Part shown: positions 60,026 through 64,000 of the stretch, in pieces | Layout: every line of letters begins with the position of its first letter | Numbering within the stretch: position 1 is the stretch's first letter | NCBI GenBank assembly: GCA_963798915.1 | Contig: CAWCVB010000001.1 | Span: 224,001-288,000 of the forward strand | Direction of reading: 5' to 3' | Origin: an uncultured Gemmatimonadales bacterium | Lineage (GTDB): Bacteria; Gemmatimonadota; Gemmatimonadetes; Gemmatimonadales; GWC2-71-9 | Length of the DNA stretch: 64,000 bases | Notes under the pieces: model-generated | What the model saw: only the letters and a program-made list of their open reading frames with translations | Databases searched by the model: none | Told to the model about the DNA's origin: nothing | Position numbers and translations under genes: made by a program

Positions 60026-61543
60026 CTATCCCGCCACCCGCCGCTCCATGTCCCGCTCCACCGTCCGCATGGCCAGCAGTACCACCAGCCCGCCCACCAT
60101 GGCCACCACCGGCAGGAGCAGCACGGCGCGCTGGATCCCGAACCGGTCGGAAAGGCCGCCCACCAGTGGAAAGGCGATCGCGTCGCCCGCGAGATGAATG
60201 AAGAGGAGATACGCGCCGGCCACCGTGGCGCCAATCCGGGCTGGCACCACGTCAAAGATGGCGGCTGCGATGGGGCCATTGTAGAACGTGAGGAAGAAGA
60301 TGCTCGCGGCAAAGAGCAGCCGGAACCAGGTCATGTCGCGCACCATGAGGAGCACCACCGCCAGCGCGCCGCCCGCCAGCATCCCGAAGGCAATGGTGAT
60401 GATCCGTCCGGCAGGAGTGCGGCTCCGAAGCCAGTCTGCCATGACGCCGCCCGCGAGCGTGCCGAGCACGCCGAACACCAGCAGCCGCCAACCCAGCAGG
60501 TCGGACACATCCGCCGGGCTCATCCCCAGTTCCCGCGTGACGAATGTCGGCGCCCAGCCCACCAGTCCGTTCATGCCGAAACTGATGAGCGCGCCACCGG
60601 CAAAGACATACATCAGCGTGGGTGTGGCCAGCACGCGCTTGAGTGCGACCAGCATTTCGTCGAACGCGGTTCCCACCTCGCCGCCAAAAGGCGTGTCGTC
60701 GATCCGCTGCGAGCGGATCTGCCGCACCCATTGGAAGATGTTGAGCGCAAAACCTGCCCCGGCAATCATCGAGAACGCCGCAATGTCCCAGCGGCTGTCC
60801 GCCCCGAACCGCATGTCGAGCAGCACCGCCACAACCGAGGCGATGGCGAGCCCTATCAGCGTGGGGCCGAACTGGCGCACCAGTGAGTTGCCCCGCTCCT
60901 TGAGTTCCCGGAGGTGGGGTCGGACTCGCACCGGGGCGAGTACCCGCGAGGGGTCCCGAAGTCGCATGGCAAGAACGGCGCAGACGAACCCGGGCGCACC
61001 CACCACCATGAACGCGACCCGCCAGCCATAGGCGTCGGCCAGCTTGCCGCCCAGCCAGATGCCGAGGCCGCCGCCGATCACCAGGCCGGCCGAGAGGATG
61101 CCCATCGCCATGGCCCGCTTCCCGCCCGGGAAGTAGTCGGCGACCAGCGACGCCGCGGCGGCGCCGAAGGCCGCTTCGCCGATCCCGACCGCCGCTCGGC
61201 AGATGAAGAGCTGGTGATAACTGTCCACCAGCCCGCTCAGCACGGTGAACAGGCTCCAGAGCGCCACGCCGAAGGCGATCACCGCTCGGCGGCTCCGCAG
61301 GTCGCTCATGACCCCGAACGGAACCGCCGCGACCGAGAAGACGAGCACGTAGGCCGAACCGAGCCAGCCGAGCTGGGTGTCGGAAATGTGCAGCGCCGCC
61401 TTGATTGGCTCAAAAAGCGCGAAGACAACGTTGCGGTCGAGATAGTTGAGAAGATTGACGAACGAGAGCAGCAGCAGCGCGTACCAGGCATAGGCGCGGC
61501 TGGCGCCGCGGTCGCGGGTCGTCGGCCGCGGGTCGCGGGTCAT
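60026..61543 (-). CDS. MFS transporter, spinster-like
   Basis: NLLNYLDR, SDTQLG, VGIGEA, YGWR. Confidence 0.92.
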   Translation of the reverse strand: MTRDPRPTTRDRGASRAYAWYALLLLSFVNLLNYLDRNVVFALFEPIKAALHISDTQLGWLGSAYVLVFSVAAVPFGVMSDLRSRRAVIAFGVALWSLFTVLSGLVDSYHQLFICRAAVGIGEAAFGAAAASLVADYFPGGKRAMAMGILSAGLVIGGGLGIWLGGKLADAYGWRVAFMVVGAPGFVCAVLAMRLRDPSRVLAPVRVRPHLRELKERGNSLVRQFGPTLIGLAIASVVAVLLDMRFGADSRWDIAAFSMIAGAGFALNIFQWVRQIRSQRIDDTPFGGEVGTAFDEMLVALKRVLATPTLMYVFAGGALISFGMNGLVGWAPTFVTRELGMSPADVSDLLGWRLLVFGVLGTLAGGVMADWLRSRTPAGRIITIAFGMLAGGALAVVLLMVRDMTWFRLLFAASIFFLTFYNGPIAAAIFDVVPARIGATVAGAYLLFIHLAGDAIAFPLVGGLSDRFGIQRAVLLLPVVAMVGGLVVLLAMRTVERDMERRVAG

Positions 61544-61686
61544 GGGTCGCGGGTCATGAGTCGCGGGTCATGGGTCGCGGGTCATGGGTCGTGAGTCATG
61601 GGTCGAGGGTCATGGGTCGCGGGTCAGGCGGCTCACGACTCACGACTCACGACCCGTGACCCGTAGTTCACGACTCACGACTCGCA
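61509..61686. repeat. (GGGTCRY)n array followed by inverted (CACGACT)n array
   Basis: Read directly; overlaps the MFS start and the DHS-like stop. Confidence 0.9.
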
Positions 61687-62813
61687 ACCTGCGATTTCTC
61701 CGCGCGCTGATCCCGGAACTCAACTGCCTTCCGGTATTCATTCAGCAACCGCTCCATCATCTGCTCGCGCCGGTCGTAGAGCCGCCGGAGCGGCCGGAAT
61801 GCGTGCCGCGCACAGGCGTAGGACGTGAGCAGCGGCAGGGCGACGGTGTTGTCCATGTAGCAGACTACCGTACCCGGCAACTGATCGGGATCAATCTTGC
61901 CCCAGCTCACGGCTTCGGCAGGCGTCGCACCGGAGAGGCCCCCCGTGTCCGGACGGGCATCGGTCAGTTGCAGAAAGTAGTCGTGGCCCCGCTCGTCGAT
62001 GCCGAGCACTTCCTGGATCTGCGGCTCAGTCTGGAGCATGAAGTTCTTGGGACTGCCGCCGCCGGCAATGAGCACGCCACTTCGGCCGCCGGTGCGCTTG
62101 GCGTCGAGCACGATGGCGGCCGTCTCGTTGACGTCCGCGCTGACATCGAACCGCAGCTTGCTGCCGGCGAGCGCCTGTTCCGCCACATTCATGCCGATAC
62201 TGCTGTCGCCGGGCGAGCTGGTATAGAGCGGCACACCCAGCTCGTGCGCCGCGCTCAGCACCGATCGCCGCCGAAGCCCCAGTGCCTGTTCCCGCTCCCG
62301 CACGTACCCGCCCAGGAGGTAGTGATATTCCGCCGTGCTCATGGACCGCTGAAATTCCTCGCGCGCCGACACCTCGCGAATGAACGCGTCGGTGGACAGG
62401 AGCACGTCATAATCGAAGAAGATATCGTAGATCCGCACCACACCCTCTTCGCGCAATTCGATGTCATTGGCGTGAGGCGTGCCGCGGCGCATGGCGAGAT
62501 CGAGCCCGAAATGCGCGTCGTGATAGAGGTTGGCGCCGGTGGAGATGATCCAGTCCACGAAGCCCATTTCCATCAGCGGAATGAGGCAGCTCATGCCCAG
62601 CCCGGCCGGCGTCATGGCCCCGGTCAGCGTCATCCCGACCGTCACCTCGGGCTCGAGCATGCGCTGGACAAAGAGCTGGCAGCCCTCGCGGAGACGCCCC
62701 GCGTTGTAGGCCAGGAAGGCATTCTCTATGAGATCGGCCGCGGTCTCCTTGCCGGTGATCGCGGTAGGATTGATGCGCTGGCCGCGCAGGTGGCGGCTGG
62801 GTGTGTTGGGCAT
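61668..62813 (-). CDS. Deoxyhypusine synthase-like protein (probable homospermidine synthase)
   Basis: [34 protein letters not shown] with catalytic Lys. Confidence 0.9.
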   Translation of the reverse strand: MPNTPSRHLRGQRINPTAITGKETAADLIENAFLAYNAGRLREGCQLFVQRMLEPEVTVGMTLTGAMTPAGLGMSCLIPLMEMGFVDWIISTGANLYHDAHFGLDLAMRRGTPHANDIELREEGVVRIYDIFFDYDVLLSTDAFIREVSAREEFQRSMSTAEYHYLLGGYVREREQALGLRRRSVLSAAHELGVPLYTSSPGDSSIGMNVAEQALAGSKLRFDVSADVNETAAIVLDAKRTGGRSGVLIAGGGSPKNFMLQTEPQIQEVLGIDERGHDYFLQLTDARPDTGGLSGATPAEAVSWGKIDPDQLPGTVVCYMDNTVALPLLTSYACARHAFRPLRRLYDRREQMMERLLNEYRKAVEFRDQRAEKSQVASRES

Positions 62814-62845
62814 GCGTGGTATCCCCATATGACGTTGGCGGAATC

Positions 62846-62887
62846 GTAACGGTAGGGGCAAAGCCATGGCTTTGCCCCTACCGTTAC
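62846..62887. repeat. Perfect 42-bp palindrome, GTAG-type REP
   Basis: GTAACGGTAGGGGCAAAGCCA-TGGCTTTGCCCCTACCGTTAC. Confidence 0.92.
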
Positions 62888-63681
62888 ATCTCCGCCATCT
62901 TCCTGTCCCCCGTCGCCGGTTTCCCCGCAATCTCGTGGTCCGGCTTGTTGGCTCGCGCCTTGAGCACAAAATCCGCCGCCTCGCGGGGGCTGTCGGTAAG
63001 GGAGAGAAGCAGCATGTCGGCCTCGCCCACCTTCCCCTCCGCCAGCACCGACTCGCGAAGCCAGTCCATGAGCCCCGCCCAGTACCTGGTGCCGAACAGG
63101 ATCACCGGGAAATGCTTGATCTTTCCCGTCTGGATCAGGGTCAGCGCCTCCATCAGCTCATCCATGGTTCCGAAGCCGCCCGGGAAGACGATGAATGCGG
63201 TGGAATATTTCACGAACATGGTCTTCCGCACGAAGAAGAAGCGGAAGTTGATGCCCCGCCGGACATACGGGTTGGTGCCCTGCTCGAAGGGCAGCTCGAT
63301 ATTGCAGCCAATCGAGAGACCGCCGCCCTCCACCGCGCCGCGGTTGGCCGCCTCCATGATGCCGGGGCCACCCCCCGTGATGATGGGGATGCCCTCCTGC
63401 GCCAGGATTCTCGCGGTCTCCACTGCGGCCTGGTAGGCCGGGTCCGTGGGTGGCGTGCGCGCCGAGCCGAAGATGCTGACGCCGTCGATCACATCGCCCA
63501 GGGCATCGAACCCTTCGACGAATTCTCCCATGATCCGGAAGACCCGCCAGGGATCGGTCTTGAGCATCGCGTCGGGCCGCAGCTTGGGCTGCGGTCCCTC
63601 CAGCAGCATTTCGTCTTCAGTGGGCCGCTTGGGCTCCGCACCGGACGGATAGGGACGGCGGGTGTTGTCGGAATCAGCCAC
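62884..63681 (-). CDS. LOG-family protein (TIGR00730-like)
   Basis: [29 protein letters not shown]. Confidence 0.93.
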   Translation of the reverse strand: MADSDNTRRPYPSGAEPKRPTEDEMLLEGPQPKLRPDAMLKTDPWRVFRIMGEFVEGFDALGDVIDGVSIFGSARTPPTDPAYQAAVETARILAQEGIPIITGGGPGIMEAANRGAVEGGGLSIGCNIELPFEQGTNPYVRRGINFRFFFVRKTMFVKYSTAFIVFPGGFGTMDELMEALTLIQTGKIKHFPVILFGTRYWAGLMDWLRESVLAEGKVGEADMLLLSLTDSPREAADFVLKARANKPDHEIAGKPATGDRKMAEM

Positions 63682-64000
63682 GGGTCAGCTGCGCAATCAG
63701 GGCCCGGCAATCGTCGGGCACGTTGTAGAAGTACGGCGAGACACGGACGTGTCCCGGCCGAGCGTCGGTCACGATATGGGCCTGGGCCAGCCGGGCCACG
63801 TCGGCATGAGGATCGTCAGCCGGAATCATGATAATGGCGGCCCGCTCCGCTGGCGATGATGCCACCGTCGGCGCAAAGCCTGCGGCCCTGAGCTGCTCCA
63901 GGCAGTCCTCCGTGAGCGCCGAGGTGCGCCGGCGTATGGCTTCAATGCCCAGTTCCTCCCAGATCTCCAGCCCGCCGAGCTGAGCATAGACCGGGAGCAG
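63674..64000 (-). CDS. Class V PLP-dependent aminotransferase-family protein, C-terminal part only
   Basis: GIEAIRRR...VRVSPYFYN; frame open to the window edge. Confidence 0.75.
   Translation of the reverse strand: MLPVYAQLGGLEIWEELGIEAIRRRTSALTEDCLEQLRAAGFAPTVASSPAERAAIIMIPADDPHADVARLAQAHIVTDARPGHVRVSPYFYNVPDDCRALIAQLTRG

Overview
A GC-rich bacterial chromosomal segment with no rRNA, tRNA, CRISPR array, transposase or integrase that I could recognise. The gene repertoire and style (many lipoproteins, STK-TPR kinases, M28 peptidases) suggest Gemmatimonadota, which is an inference. About 58 CDSs, mostly housekeeping, transport and secreted-hydrolase genes. Highlights: (1) thyX interrupted in its RHR motif by a 361-aa intein carrying HTH, NUMOD-like and HNH modules; (2) a divergent sigma54 locus with a pseudo-receiver enhancer-binding protein, a TPR-HD-GYP protein, a stand-alone TPR protein and three lipoproteins, one ending in a ZU5/GPS-like HF|S putative autoproteolysis motif; (3) a four-gene operon of two ATP-grasp ligases, a GNAT and a KamA; (4) an ECF sigma/Ser-Thr kinase pair flanked by two beta-propeller lipoprotein genes that share the upstream motif TGTCCGGTT-N14-CGTTCTC; (5) a His/Cys-containing ORF ending in RAPP upstream of a TonB-dependent receptor; (6) dense intergenic repeats (7-9-mer tandem arrays, GTAG- and (C/T)GTCA-tagged palindromes). 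Several genes carry single-base frameshifts, most plausibly assembly errors.
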